Positions 11,668 through 24,339 are shown, counted from the first letter of the stretch. The stretch is DNA of 32,000 nucleotides from Mesoplasma florum L1 (GCF_000008305.1 NC_006055.1:120001-152000), one strand, 5' to 3'. The notes: generated by a model not told the origin, from the letters alone. Program-made: numbers and translations.

Positions 11668-12889
11668 AAATATTTTAGAATCACTTAAAGGTGAATTAAA
11701 AAGACAACAAGATCACATTGAATTAATAGCAAGTGAAAACTATGTTAGTGATGCAGTTTTACAATTATCAGGAAGTATATTAACTAATAAATATGCAGAA
11801 GGTTACCCAGATAAAAGGTATTATGGTGGATGTGAATTTGTTGATCAAATTGAAAAACAAGGAATTGAATTAGCTAAAAAAATATTTAATGCAGGTCACG
11901 CTAATTTACAACCTCATTCAGGTAGTCAAGCTAATGAAGCTGTTTATCGTGCTTTATTACAAAACGGAGATAAAGTTGTTTCTATGAGTTTAGACGCTGG
12001 AGGTCACTTAACACATGGTTATCCAATTAATTTTTCAGGTAATAATTATGATTTTAAATTTTATGGAGTAAATAGAGAAACAGAAGAAATTGATTTTGAT
12101 GAAGTTAGAAAAGTTGTTTTAGAACATCAACCAAAATTAATTGTCGCTGGAGCTAGTGCTTACTCAAGAATTATAGACTTTAAAAAGTTTAGAGAAATTG
12201 CAGATGAAGTTGGAGCATTATTAATGGTTGATATGGCTCATATTGCTGGTTTAGTTGCTGGTGGTGCTCACCCAAACCCTATGGAATATGCAGATGTTGT
12301 TACAACAACAACACACAAAACTTTAAGAGGCGCAAGAGGTGGAATGATTTTATCAAAAGCTGAAATTGGTAAAAAAATTGATTCATCAGTTTTCCCAGGT
12401 ACTCAAGGTGGACCTTTAGAAAATCAAATAGCTGGGAAAGTTCAAGCCTTATATGAAGCAGATACTCCTGAATTTAAAGAATATGTTCATCAAGTAGTTG
12501 CTAACTCAAAAGCATTTGCTAAAGCCTTAGCAGATAATGGAATGAGATTAATAGCTAATGGAACAGATAATCATTTAATTAATTTAGATGTAAAAAATAC
12601 TTTAAATGTTACTGGAAAAGATGCAGAAAAAATCCTTGAAAGTATTGGTATAGTTTCAAATAAAAACATGATTCCTTTTGATACAGAAAAACCTTTTGTT
12701 ACAAGTGGAATTAGAGTTGGAACTGCAGCAATGACAACTAGAGGATTTAAAGAAGAACAATTTGTTGAAGTTGCTAAAATAATTGCAAGTGCATTAAAAG
12801 ATCAATCAGAAACAAATTTAAATACTCTTTCAAAAGAAGTTGCTAAATTATGTAAGCAATTCCCAATATATGAACATTTATCATATTAA
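11651..12889 (+). CDS. glyA: Serine hydroxymethyltransferase
   Basis: 412 aa: [47 protein letters not shown]... with PLP-lysine motif [15 protein letters not shown]. Overlaps the rpiB 3' end by 17 nt. Confidence 0.97.
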   Translation: MSTINKNILESLKGELKRQQDHIELIASENYVSDAVLQLSGSILTNKYAEGYPDKRYYGGCEFVDQIEKQGIELAKKIFNAGHANLQPHSGSQANEAVYRALLQNGDKVVSMSLDAGGHLTHGYPINFSGNNYDFKFYGVNRETEEIDFDEVRKVVLEHQPKLIVAGASAYSRIIDFKKFREIADEVGALLMVDMAHIAGLVAGGAHPNPMEYADVVTTTTHKTLRGARGGMILSKAEIGKKIDSSVFPGTQGGPLENQIAGKVQALYEADTPEFKEYVHQVVANSKAFAKALADNGMRLIANGTDNHLINLDVKNTLNVTGKDAEKILESIGIVSNKNMIPFDTEKPFVTSGIRVGTAAMTTRGFKEEQFVEVAKIIASALKDQSETNLNTLSKEVAKLCKQFPIYEHLSY

Positions 12890-12934
12890 TACTTTATAAT
12901 ATTAATAATTTGGACAAATAGAGGGAAATAAGTT

Positions 12935-13558
12935 ATGGCATTTACAGAATTGAAACATCCATTGATAATTGATAAATTATCAAGAATGCGTAAAAAAGAA
13001 ACATCATCAAAAGATTTTAGAGAAAACCTTAATGAAATAGCACAATTAATGGTTTATGAAATTTTTAGAGATTTAGAACTTGAGGCAATTGAAATAGAAA
13101 CACCAATGACAAAAACAGTTGGGTATACAATTGATAAGCCAATTGTGTTAGTTCCTATTTTAAGAGCAGGTATAGGAATGTTAGATGGAATACAAAAATT
13201 AATTCCAACAGCAAGAATAGCTCATATTGGACTTTATCGTGATGAAGAAACTTTAGAAATTCATCAATACTTTGCAAAGAAAACTGAATCAATTGATGAA
13301 AGTTATGTAATAATAGTAGATCCTATGTTAGCAACAGGTGGTAGTGCTAACAAAGCAATTGATATAGTTAAAGGTTGAGGAGTTAAAAACATTAAATTTG
13401 TATGTTTAGTAGCTGTTGAACCAGGAATAAGCAATGTTCTTGAAAAACACCCTGATGTTGAGATATATGCTGCATCAAAAGATGAAAAGCTTTCTGATAA
13501 AGGATATATCATACCAGGTCTAGGAGACGCTGGAGACAGAATATTCGGTACAAAATAA
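12935..13558 (+). CDS. upp: Uracil phosphoribosyltransferase (207 aa)
   Basis: [32 protein letters not shown]...[46 protein letters not shown]...[39 protein letters not shown]...[14 protein letters not shown]. Reads through TGA at 13376-13378. Confidence 0.97.
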
Positions 13559-13577
13559 AATAGAAATTTTCTTTTTT

Positions 13578-13604
13578 AAAAACTCCAATAATTGGAGTTT
13601 TTTT
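13578..13604 (+). terminator. Rho-independent terminator after upp
   Basis: AAAAACTCCAA-TAA-TTGGAGTTTTT followed by Ts. Confidence 0.88.
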
Positions 13605-13617
13605 ACTTTTACCACTT

Positions 13618-13648
13618 TTGTTATATTTTTTGTTTATAAGAGTAGAAT
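13618..13648 (+). promoter_or_regulatory. Candidate promoter of the atp operon
   Basis: TTGTTA (13618-13623), 19-nt spacer, TAGAAT (13643-13648); TATAAG at 13635 is an alternative -10. Weak match but correct location after the upp terminator. Confidence 0.35.
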
Positions 13649-13680
13649 ATTAAAGAACGTAGTAGGCGAGGTGCTACTGA

Positions 13681-14076
13681 ATGGAATTAAAAAGTATATA
13701 TAAAAACTGGTTCAAAAATTCTACATGATCAATTATATTAATAATTAGTTTTTTAACAGGAATAACATTAATTTTGTTATTTGTGTTAAAAATTATTAAT
13801 TATAGCTGATTAACAGGTTGGGCTTTAGGTTTAACTTCGTTTTTAGTTGGTATTTTTATTAGCAAGAAGTCTGTAGAACTTCTTTTGAAAAATGAAAATC
13901 ATTTTTTATTTTACTTTTTCTTTTTATTAAGAATAGGTGCCTATGCCACTCCGTTATTTATTGCTTTTTTTAATAACAATATTATTTTTGATTATAAAGG
14001 TGTATTAATTGGTCTCAGTCCAATTTTGTTACTACCTTTTACAAATCATAAAGTCTTAAATATAAAAAATTATTAA
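13681..14076 (+). CDS. atpI: AtpI-like small membrane protein at the head of the ATP synthase operon (131 aa)
   Basis: Four predicted hydrophobic helices (MELKSIYKNWFKNSTWSIILIISFLTGITLILLFVLKIINYSWLTGWALGLTSFLVGIFI...), immediately upstream of atpB; uses TGA=Trp. Confidence 0.7.
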
Positions 14077-14097
14077 AAAATTTAAGGAGGGTTCAAA

Positions 14098-14961
14098 TTG
14101 GACAATATGCTTGAAGGTTTATGATCGCTGACAACACAGTTTAGTGCAATCATTATAACCACAATTCTTATTTGTGCTATTTGTATTACTTATAACATTA
14201 AAGTGAGAGGGCAAGATGAGGATAAGGAATTATCTGGATTAATTGTTATTATAGATATGTTTGTATCTTCAGTTGAAAACTTAGTTATTTCAATTATGGG
14301 TAGAAAATATCGTAAATTAACTCCATACTTTTTATACATTTGTTTGTATATTATAGTAGGATCAATGGTTTCATTACTTGGTTTTGAATCACCATCTTCA
14401 TCATACACTGTTACTTTATCAATGGCTTTCGTTACTTTTGTGATGATTTATTACTTTGCATTTAGATATCAAAAATGAGCTTATCTAAAAAGATATATAA
14501 ATCCAATTGAAATATTCACACAATTCACACCATTGCTTTCTATGTCGTTCCGTCTTTTCGGTAACCTTTTAGGGGGTTCAATTATTTTAGGATTAGTGTA
14601 CGCAATGTTCATAGGTTTCCAAAGTAGTTGAGCACATGGAACAATTAGCTTTGGAGATGAAGGTATGCATTGACCATCATTTGGATTTTGAAATGCTGGT
14701 GTACTAGGAGATGACGCTTGAAAAATGCAGTATACATACTGATGATCAGGGGTTAACATTTTCACTAGTGTGATCACACCATTCTTACATATGTATTTTG
14801 ATATGTTTGATGCTGTTATCCAAGCTGTTGTATTTACAATGTTATCGCTTTCATATTGAGCAGAAGGTATGGGAGAAGAACAAGAGTTAACTCACAAAGG
14901 TGAGGATAGAAATAGTTCAAAAAAAACTCAGAAATTAAAAAGAATAGAATTACAAAAATAA
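14098..14961 (+). CDS. atpB: F0F1 ATP synthase subunit a (287 aa)
   Basis: TTG start at 14098 seven nt after AAGGAGG. Membrane protein with SMSFRLFGNLLGGSIILGLVYAMF region and C-terminal LFQAVVYTMLSLSY-like region; many TGA=Trp; TAA at 14959. Confidence 0.9.
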
Positions 14962-14978
14962 AAAGGAGAATTATATTT

Positions 14979-15293
14979 ATGTTATTTACAGATTACATGG
15001 CAAATTTTTTAGTAGGATACTTTAGTGTATTATCAAGTATTATGCCTTTATTAGCAGAAACATCATCAACTGGTGAAGGTCTTAAATTATTAGGTGCCGG
15101 AGTTGCTATTATCGGAGTTGCTGGAGCAGGAATCGGACAAGGTGCAGTTGGACAAGGTGCATGTATGGCAATCGGAAGAAACCCAGAAATGGCACCAAAA
15201 ATTACTTCAACTATGATTATTGCAGCAGGAATTGCAGAATCAGGAGCTATTTACGCATTAGTTGTTGCTATTTTATTAATTTTCGTAGCTTAA
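14979..15293 (+). CDS. atpE: F0F1 ATP synthase subunit c
   Basis: 104 aa with GLKLLGAGVAIIGVAGAGIGQGAVGQGACMAIGRNPEMAPKITSTMIIAAGIAESGAIYALVVAILLIFV; conserved carboxylate within GIAESGAIY. Confidence 0.97.
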   Translation: MLFTDYMANFLVGYFSVLSSIMPLLAETSSTGEGLKLLGAGVAIIGVAGAGIGQGAVGQGACMAIGRNPEMAPKITSTMIIAAGIAESGAIYALVVAILLIFVA

Positions 15294-15321
15294 GAAATAA
15301 AAAGAAAGAAGGGTGTGTTAC

Positions 15322-15855
15322 ATGATATTTTTCGCAGAAACACAAACAGCTGGAGTTCCAGAAATCATAACATCTTTATTTCCTAACTTGCCAAACTTTA
15401 TTGCGCACGTTATAGCTACAATTGTTTTAGTAGTTATACTATCAAAATTGATGTATAAACCATTTAGAAAAACTATTAAAGATAGAAGAAACAAAATAAA
15501 TGAATTATTAAGCGAGGCTGTGCAAAAGCAAACAGAAGCAAATATTGGTGTTAGAAAAGCTGAAGCATTATTGCAAGACGCTAAAACAGAATCTTCATTA
15601 ATTATTCAAACTTCAAAAGTTGATGCTGACATTCAAAAAACTCACATCATATCTGAAGCTCATAAATACGCTGATATTATTAAGAATCAAGCAGAAAAAG
15701 ACATTGCTCAAGAAAGATCAAAAATAGAAGCAGAAATCAAGACAACAATAGTAAATGTTGCATTCGATGCTGCTGAACAAATTTTACAGACAGAAATCAA
15801 TAAGACAAAAAACAAAAAAATTGTTGATGAATTTATTGAAAACCTAGATAAATAA
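15322..15855 (+). CDS. atpF: F0F1 ATP synthase subunit b (177 aa)
   Basis: One N-terminal TM helix (NFIAHVIATIVLVVILSKLMYKPF) then a long charged coiled coil; between atpE and atpH. ATG at 15322 preferred over GTG at 15313 because of the upstream GAAGGG. Confidence 0.9.
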   Translation: MIFFAETQTAGVPEIITSLFPNLPNFIAHVIATIVLVVILSKLMYKPFRKTIKDRRNKINELLSEAVQKQTEANIGVRKAEALLQDAKTESSLIIQTSKVDADIQKTHIISEAHKYADIIKNQAEKDIAQERSKIEAEIKTTIVNVAFDAAEQILQTEINKTKNKKIVDEFIENLDK

Positions 15856-15859
15856 AATT

Positions 15860-16411
15860 ATGGTTTTAAAAGATAACGTTATTGATAATTGAGCAAATGC
15901 TTTAACAAAAATTGCTGTAAAAGAAAACAAAGTTAAAAAAATGTTAGAACAAGCACACGTGCTAATTGAAGTTCTAAAAAATAAAAATGAGTTTGTTGAC
16001 ATTCTTACTTTTAAATCAGCACATGATGAAGAAAAAAGAATAAAAATAATTGATGATACTTTTAGTCAATTTAATATTGATGAAGATATCATGAATGCTT
16101 TTAAAATATTAGTTCATATGCAAGCATTTGTAAATGCAAGAGATATTTTAAAAAAATTAAGAGGAAAACTTGTTGAATTAGACAACATGACTTATGGTGT
16201 TGTTTGATCTACTGAAGAAATATCAGCAGCTCAAATAAAAGAGATCGAAGAAAAAATGTCTAAAAAAATTAATAAAGAAGTTAAATTAGTTAATAAAATT
16301 GACACTAAGTTAATTGCAGGTATTCAAGTAGTTGTTCATAACAAAGTTTATGATGGCTCATTAAGAAGTAAACTTGATGAAATGAAATATCAAGTATTGA
16401 AAGAAAAATAG
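15860..16411 (+). CDS. atpH: F0F1 ATP synthase subunit delta (183 aa)
   Basis: MVLKDNVIDNWANALTKIAVKENKVKKMLEQAHVLIEVLKNKNEFVDILT...; frame open through TGA(Trp) to TAG at 16409; between atpF and atpA. Confidence 0.9.
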
Positions 16412-16423
16412 GAGGTTTAATAT

Positions 16424-18001
16424 ATGGCATTAAATATTAAAGAAATCTCTGAAGTAATTGAAAAACAAATAAAAAACTATGGTAAAGATATTATTGAAGC
16501 TGAGCAAGGTAGTGTTGTTACTATTGGGGATGGTGTTTCTTTAATTTACGGATTAGACAAAGCTTTAATGGGTGAATTGTTAATTTTCCCTAATGATGTT
16601 TATGGTATGGTTTTAAGTCTTGAAGAAGGAGCTGTTGGAGCTGTTATTCTTGGAGATTATAAACTTATCAAAGAAGGTGACATTGTTAAACGTACAGGTA
16701 AAGTTGTTGAAACACCTGTTGGTGATGCAATGATTGGTAGAGTTGTTAATGCATTGGGACAACCAATTGACAATAATGGACCAATCAAAACTAAAAAATC
16801 TAAACCAGTTGAAAGAATAGCAACAGGAGTTATGGCTCGTAAATCAGTTAGTCAACCTCTAGAAACAGGTATTCTTGGAATTGATGCATCTATTCCAATT
16901 GGAAAAGGACAACGTGAGTTAATCATTGGAGATCGTCAAACTGGTAAAACAGCTGTAGCAATTGATACAATCATTAACCAAAAAGGTAAAAATGTTAAAT
17001 GTATTTATGTATCAATTGGACAAAAAGATTCAACAATTGCACAAGTTGTTGAAAAACTTAAAAAATTTGGTGCAATGGAATATACTACTGTTGTTAATGC
17101 AGGAGCTAGTGATTCAGCACCATTACAATATTTAGCACCATATACTGGTGTAACTATTGGTGAAGAATGAATGGAAAATGGAGAAGACGTTTTAATTGTT
17201 TATGATGACTTATCAAAACATGCGGTTGCTTATCGTGAAATGTCTCTTCTATTAAGAAGACCACCAGGTCGTGAAGCTTATCCTGGTGATGTATTCTACT
17301 TACACTCACGTCTTTTAGAAAGAGCAGCTAGAGTTAATGAAAAATTTGGTGGTGGTTCAATTACTGCTTTACCAATTATTGAAACTCAAGCAAGTGATAT
17401 TTCAGCATATATTCCAACAAACGTAATTTCAATTACCGATGGTCAAATTTTCTTATCAAGTGATTTATTCATGGCAGGTATTAGACCAGCTATTAATATT
17501 GGTCCTTCAGTATCTAGAGTTGGTTCATCAGCGCAAATCAAAGCTGTTAAACAAGTTTCAGGAACATTGAAATTAGAATTAGCTCAATATTATGAACTAG
17601 AAGCTTTCTCAAAATTTGGTTCAGATTTAGATGAATCAACAAAAGCAACTTTAGATCATGGGGCAAGAATTATCCAAATGTTAGTTCAACGTCAATATTC
17701 ACCTTTAAATCAAATTGATGAAGCAATTATTTTATTTGCTATTAAATCTCACTTAATTAAATGAATTCCTTTAGAAAACATTAGAGATTTTAAAACTGAA
17801 ATAATTACATTCTTTAATAATGAAAAAGATGCAAAAGCTTTAAAAGCTGAATTAACTAAAAAACTTGAATGAAATGCTGATCTTGAAAGTGGAATTCAAA
17901 AAGAAATTGAAAAATTAGTTGTTAAATTCACTTCTACTTTAAAAAACTACAACCCAACTATTTTTGGGGATGAAAAAGAATTTAAAAAATTAGGTAAGTA
18001 A
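16424..18001 (+). CDS. atpA: F0F1 ATP synthase subunit alpha (525 aa)
   Basis: [26 protein letters not shown]...[24 protein letters not shown]...[45 protein letters not shown]...; reads through TGA at 17168-17170 and 17762-17764. Confidence 0.97.
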
Positions 18002-18846
18002 TGGCAAATTTAAGTAATTTAAAAACACAAATTTCTAATACACAAGATATCGGTAAAATTACTAACGCTATGCAATTAGTTGCTAGTGCAAAATTACGTC
18101 GTATTGGTAAAAAAGTTACAGAGACTCAAGAATATGTATCAGAAGTTTATGCTATTTTTAATGAAATAATTAAACATTCAAGTGAATCAATTTATTTAAA
18201 AAATTCTGCTAATGATATTAAAAAAACTTTATGAGTTGTTGTTAACTCAAATTTAGGTTTATGTGGTGGTTATAATGCCAACGTTAATAAATTAGTTATT
18301 AGTAATTTCAAAAAAGAAGATCAAATATATGCTATTGGTTCAAAAGCTGTTTCAGCTTACAATAGTAAAAAAATAAAAATTAAAAATGAATGTACTGATG
18401 TTGATATTGATTTTTCACCAGCACAAGCAAAACAAATAGGTAATGAATTGTTAAGTTATTACTCAAGTGGAGAGTTTGATGAAATTCAAATTGTTTATAC
18501 TAAGTTTATTAATAACGTAACATTTGAACCTACAAAATTAAGAGTTTTCCCAATTATCAAAGAAGAAACTCAAGAAACTTCAAGCAGTTACTATAGCTTT
18601 GAACCAAGTGCTGAAGAAGTTTTAAATAATGCCGTTACTTTATATTTAAGTACAATAATCTTTGGAACAATTGTAGAATCACAAGTAAGTGAACAAGCAA
18701 GTAGAAGATTAGCTATGGAAAATGCGACAAATAATGGTAAAGAATTAGAATACAATTTAAGTATTCAATATAATCGTGAAAGACAAGCATCAATTACACA
18801 AGAAATATCAGAAATTGTTTCTGGTGCTAATGCTTTAATGGGATAG
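18001..18846 (+). CDS. atpG: F0F1 ATP synthase subunit gamma (281 aa)
   Basis: [34 protein letters not shown]... and C-terminal ASRRLAMENATNNGKELEYNLSIQYNRERQASITQEISEIVSGANAL; overlaps the atpA stop by 1 nt. Confidence 0.96.
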
Positions 18847-20295
<1,449 letters not shown>

Positions 20296-20305
20296 GTGAA
20301 TTTAA

Positions 20306-20605
20306 ATGGCAATTAATTTAATAATTACTACTCCAAATGGTAAATTTATAGATAATAAAAAAGTTGATATCATTAACTTAAAAACTATTGATGGAGATAT
20401 TGGGGTATTAGGAAATATGTCGCCGTTGGTTACAGCTTTAAAAATTGGTAATATGAATTTTAAAGTTAATAATCAAACTCATTGAATTCACTTACATAGA
20501 GGCCTAGCAATAATTAACGCAACAGAATGTAAGATAATTACAGAAAGATTATATTTGGTAAACGAAAATGGTACTAAAATACCAACACCAGATAAATTAG
20601 ATTAA
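20306..20605 (+). CDS. atpC: F0F1 ATP synthase subunit epsilon, short form (99 aa)
   Basis: MAINLIITTPNGKFIDNKKVDIINLKTIDGDIGVLGNMSPLVTALKIGNMNFKVNNQTHWIHLHRGLAIINATECKIITERLYLVNENGTKIPTPDKLD; matches the N-terminal beta domain and follows atpD. Missing from the ORF track because of an internal TGA. Confidence 0.88.
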
Positions 20606-20607
20606 TT

Positions 20608-20645
20608 AAAAACTTTATCTCTTTTTAAGAAATAAAGTTTTTTTT
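20608..20645 (+). terminator. Rho-independent terminator at the end of the atp operon
   Basis: AAAAACTTTAT...ATAAAGTTTTT followed by a T-run. Confidence 0.75.
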
Positions 20646-20685
20646 GTATTTTTAGGAACATAATTAAATAAAAGGAGAATATCTT

Positions 20686-21090
20686 ATGAGTAAAATTTAT
20701 GAAACAACAGTAACTAATACAGGAGGAAGAACTGGAGAAGTTATTTCATCTGATGGAAAATTTAATTTAAAAATTTCATCACCTACATTAAATTTAGAAG
20801 GTACAACAAACCCTGAGCAATTATTTGCAGCAGGATATAGTTCATGCTTTAATGGAGCATTGCAAGCTGTAATGGCTAAAAATAAAGTTTCATTTAAAAC
20901 AAATGTAACTGCTAAAGTAGCATTACACAATAATGGAGAATTGAACTTTAATATATCAGTTGAATTACAAGTTGAAATTATAGGAGCAGATAAAGAAGTT
21001 GCTGAAAAATTAATGCATGAAGCAGACTTGGTATGTCCTTATTCAAAAGCTTTAAAAAACAATGTAGAAGTTACACTAAGTTTAAAATAA
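20686..21090 (+). CDS. OsmC/Ohr family organic hydroperoxide resistance protein
   Basis: 134 aa: YETTVTNTGGRTGEVISSDGKFNLKISSP...GTTNPEQLFAAGYSSCFNGALQAV...ADLVCPYSKALKNNVEVTLSLK; two Cys residues (54 and 117) positioned as in Ohr. Confidence 0.92.
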   Translation: MSKIYETTVTNTGGRTGEVISSDGKFNLKISSPTLNLEGTTNPEQLFAAGYSSCFNGALQAVMAKNKVSFKTNVTAKVALHNNGELNFNISVELQVEIIGADKEVAEKLMHEADLVCPYSKALKNNVEVTLSLK

Positions 21091-21234
21091 CAATAAAACA
21101 TTATAGTGATACCTAAAATGAAAAATAAAAACTTTTATTTATTCAATTAATTTTTAATAACAACATTTTAATTTTAGAAATTAACAAATCTAAATTAGTT
21201 GATGTTGTTTGTTTAAATATATCAATAAAATCTT

Positions 21235-21265
21235 TTTACATAAAAAGATATTTTTGACTTATAAT
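21235..21265 (+). promoter_or_regulatory. Candidate promoter for the ABC exporter gene
   Basis: TTTACA (21235-21240), 19-nt spacer, TATAAT (21260-21265), then GGAGG and the gene. Confidence 0.5.
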
Positions 21266-21290
21266 TTTTAAAAAAAATGGAGGCATGCTT

Positions 21291-22880
21291 ATGAAAATAA
21301 TTATTAAGCAACATTTTTGACTTTTTTCTTTATTTCTTTTTTTATCAATTGTTGGAGCTGTTGGTACTCTTTTCTTTGCTTATTTTTTTGGTAAAGTAAT
21401 TGAGTTTGCAATTTCTAAAGATTTACAAAATTTTATTTTTTATATAATTGTTGCTTTACTAACAACTATCATTGCTATCGTTTCTGATTACTTGTCAGTA
21501 TTAATTCAAAATAAAATAATTAAAGAAATCAATCAAGAATTACGTAAAAAGTATTATGATAAAATTTTATCTGATCAGTTCAATAGTAATATAGATACTG
21601 GAAAATTTATAAATAATTCATCAAATAAAATATCCCAATTAGAAATATTTTATTATCAAAGTATTTTTTTGATTTTTAGTGGAATTTGTTTTTTGATTTT
21701 ATCAGTAGTTATGGTTATTTATTATAATTGATTAATTTTTATAATAACAACCCTTTTTTCAATTTTAGTGTTTTTAGTCCCTTTTCTAACAACTAAAAAA
21801 TCCCATAAAAAAATAGAAATATCTAATCAAACAAATGATGAGTTTTTACAGTTTAGCAAAGATAGTGTTAAATCATATTGAAATTATTGAAGTTTAAATA
21901 AAACTCACAAGCTTAAATCAGATTTAATGAAAATATCAAATAATTATGAAAAAGCAAACAAGATTAGTAAAAACTTTCAAGGATTGCAAGTTATGCTAAG
22001 CACAATAACAATTTATTTAATTCAAATTATTTTAATAACTTTAATTTCTTATTTTTTATTTAAAAATATTTTTACAGTTGCAATTGTTGTAACTCTGTCA
22101 CAAGTGACAACACAGTACATTCAATCATTTGGAATAATTTTAAATCATTTTATAAAATATTTAAACTTACGAAAAACAAATGATGAAATTAATGACCCTT
22201 ACATTAAAGAATTAGAAAATTTTACTAAAACTGAAGTTATTGAAGAAAAATTAGAATCAATTGTATTTAAAGATTTTACATTTAAATATGATCAAACAAC
22301 AATCTTGGATAAAATAAATTTAAAGATCGTAAGTGGTGATAAAGTTTTAATTTTAGGAAAATCAGGAGTTGGTAAATCTACTTTGTTAAAACAATTATTT
22401 TATCCAAAATCTTTTGATGTAAAAAGTGAGATATCCATAAACAAAACTAGGTGTGATAACTATGACATCCGTAAACAAGCAGTTTACATTGATCAAGATA
22501 TTTTCTTAAGTAAGGACACAATTTGAAATAATATTACATTGGCAAATCCTGAAATTAGTAAAGAAGAAGTAGATTTTTATTTAAAATTTTTACAATTAGA
22601 TCATTTAATTGATAGATTAGAATTTGGCCTTGAAACAATTATTCTAGATAATATGCAAAATTTGAGTGGTGGAGAAAGACAACGTTTTGCAATTTTGAGA
22701 GGTTTAGTTGCAAAAAAACCTTGAATGTTTTTGGATGAAGTGAACTCTGCGTTAGATAAAAAAACATCAAACTTAATAATGAATTATTTATTAAATAAAA
22801 AAAATTTAACTATTATTATGGTTGCTCATCATATTGATAAAGAAGAGTTAAATAAGTTCAATAAAATTATCAAATTATAA
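21291..22880 (+). CDS. ABC exporter, fused TM domain and ATPase (529 aa half-transporter)
   Basis: N-terminal six-helix-like hydrophobic region. NBD with DKVLILGKSGVGKSTLLKQLF (Walker A), LSGGERQRFAILRG (signature), PWMFLDEVNSALDKK (Walker B/D-loop) and VAHHIDKEE (H-loop). Three track ORFs join in one frame via TGA=Trp; TAA at 22878. Confidence 0.9.
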
Positions 22881-22890
22881 TTAAGTTATT

Positions 22891-22942
22891 AAAAATGAGT
22901 TTTTTCATAGGTTTGCGCCTATTGAAAGAACTCATTTTTTTT
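22891..22942. terminator. Bidirectional terminator between the convergent ABC exporter and deoA genes
   Basis: Long imperfect hairpin AAAAATGAGTTTTTTCATAGG-TTTGCG-CCTATTGAAAGAACTCATTTTT flanked by an A-run and a T-run. Confidence 0.8.
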
Positions 22943-24245
22943 ATCTAATAATCTTTATAATATTTTGTTGTTTTTCATTTTCAGTTGAAATAATAAAACT
23001 TTTTTTAGCTCTCTCTATTCAATCATTGTTAATATCAAAGTTTGTGTAGAAAGTTAAAACAACATCACCAGTTTTTACAACATCACCAGTTTTTTTATTT
23101 AAATATATTCCAGCAGAGAAATCTATTAAATCCTCTTTTGTTTTTCTACCGGCTCCAAGATCCATTGAAAGTAAACCTATAGTTTCAGCGTCTTGTGAAA
23201 TGATGTAACCATCTTTTTCAGCGAATACTTCAATTTTATTCTTAGTTGTAAAATTTTGATCATAGTTTTTGATTAACTCAAAATTTCCGCCCTGAGCTTC
23301 AACGAATTCTTCCAAGTAATGTGCACATTCACCAGTTTCTAGTTTTTTATAACAATCAGTTATAGCATCTTCTAATTTATCAAAAATACCTAAGTCAGTT
23401 AAAGTTAATCCAGCAGCTGTACAAACAACTTCTTTTAAATCTTCTGGACCATTGTTATTTAAAGTATCTCAAGCTTCCTTAACTTCAATTGCATTTCCTA
23501 TAGCTTTTCCTAAAGGTTTTTGCATGTCAGTAAGAAGAATTGAAACTTTTCTATTATACCCGTGCCCAATAGTAATCATTTCGTTTGCTAGTTTTTCAGC
23601 AATGTCTACATTTTTCATAAATGCACCAGCTCCAACTTTAACATCTAGAATTAAACTGTCACTATCGATTACTAATTTTTTGCTCATAATAGAAGCAGCG
23701 ATTAAAGGAATAGAATCAACAGTTCCAGTAACATCTCTTAGTGCATACATTTTTTTATCAGCAGGAACAATATCATCTGACTGACCTGTGATGCTCATTC
23801 CAACTTCATTAATTGTTTTAATGAATTTTTCTTTAGATAATTCACTTGTTCAACCTTTACATGACTCTAATTTATCAATAGTACCACCAGTTACTCCAAG
23901 TCCTCTACCAGAAAGTTTACAAACCTTTACTCCATAACTTGCAACTAACGGACTATATACTAAACTTGTTTTGTCTCCAACTCCGCCAGTTGAATGCTTA
24001 TCAGCTTTTAAACCTGTAACCTCACTGACATCATAAACATATCCTGATTCAACATAAGATTGGGTTAATGCTAAAGTTTCTGCTTTGGTCATTCCATTAA
24101 AATAAACCGCCATAGCAAAAGCAGCCATTTGATAATCTGTTACATTATTTTTAACGTAACTGTTTATCAATCATTTAATTTCTTCAGCTGATAATTCTAT
24201 TGAATGTTTCTTTTTTTCTATAATTTCACTAAAACTGTAGTTCAT
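22941..24245 (-). CDS. deoA: Pyrimidine-nucleoside/thymidine phosphorylase (434 aa)
   Basis: [68 protein letters not shown]...[47 protein letters not shown]...; several track ORFs joined through TGA=Trp. ATG at 24245 (minus) with AAGGAG upstream. Confidence 0.95.
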
Positions 24246-24339
24246 AAGTCTCCTTTTGTAAGAGTGCACAATATTTACACCATTACTCTTTCTACTATAT
24301 TATAATAGAATAGACATATAAAAAACATAAGGAGTACAA

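Noticed and set aside
13303-13512. Minus-strand 69-aa ORF opposite upp
   Set aside because: Covers the conserved upp C-terminus read through TGA; antisense artefact.
14190-14777. Minus-strand ORFs (72 and 98 aa) opposite atpB
   Set aside because: They overlap a required ATP synthase subunit in the expected operon position.
21091-21290. Possible small-peptide gene or riboswitch upstream of the ABC exporter
   Set aside because: No convincing RBS-initiated short ORF or recognisable purine, 2'-deoxyguanosine or other riboswitch core; only AT-rich sequence with a promoter-like element.
23452-23784. Plus-strand 110-aa ORF within the deoA region
   Set aside because: Antisense to the catalytic region of DeoA; composition mirrors the minus-strand gene.
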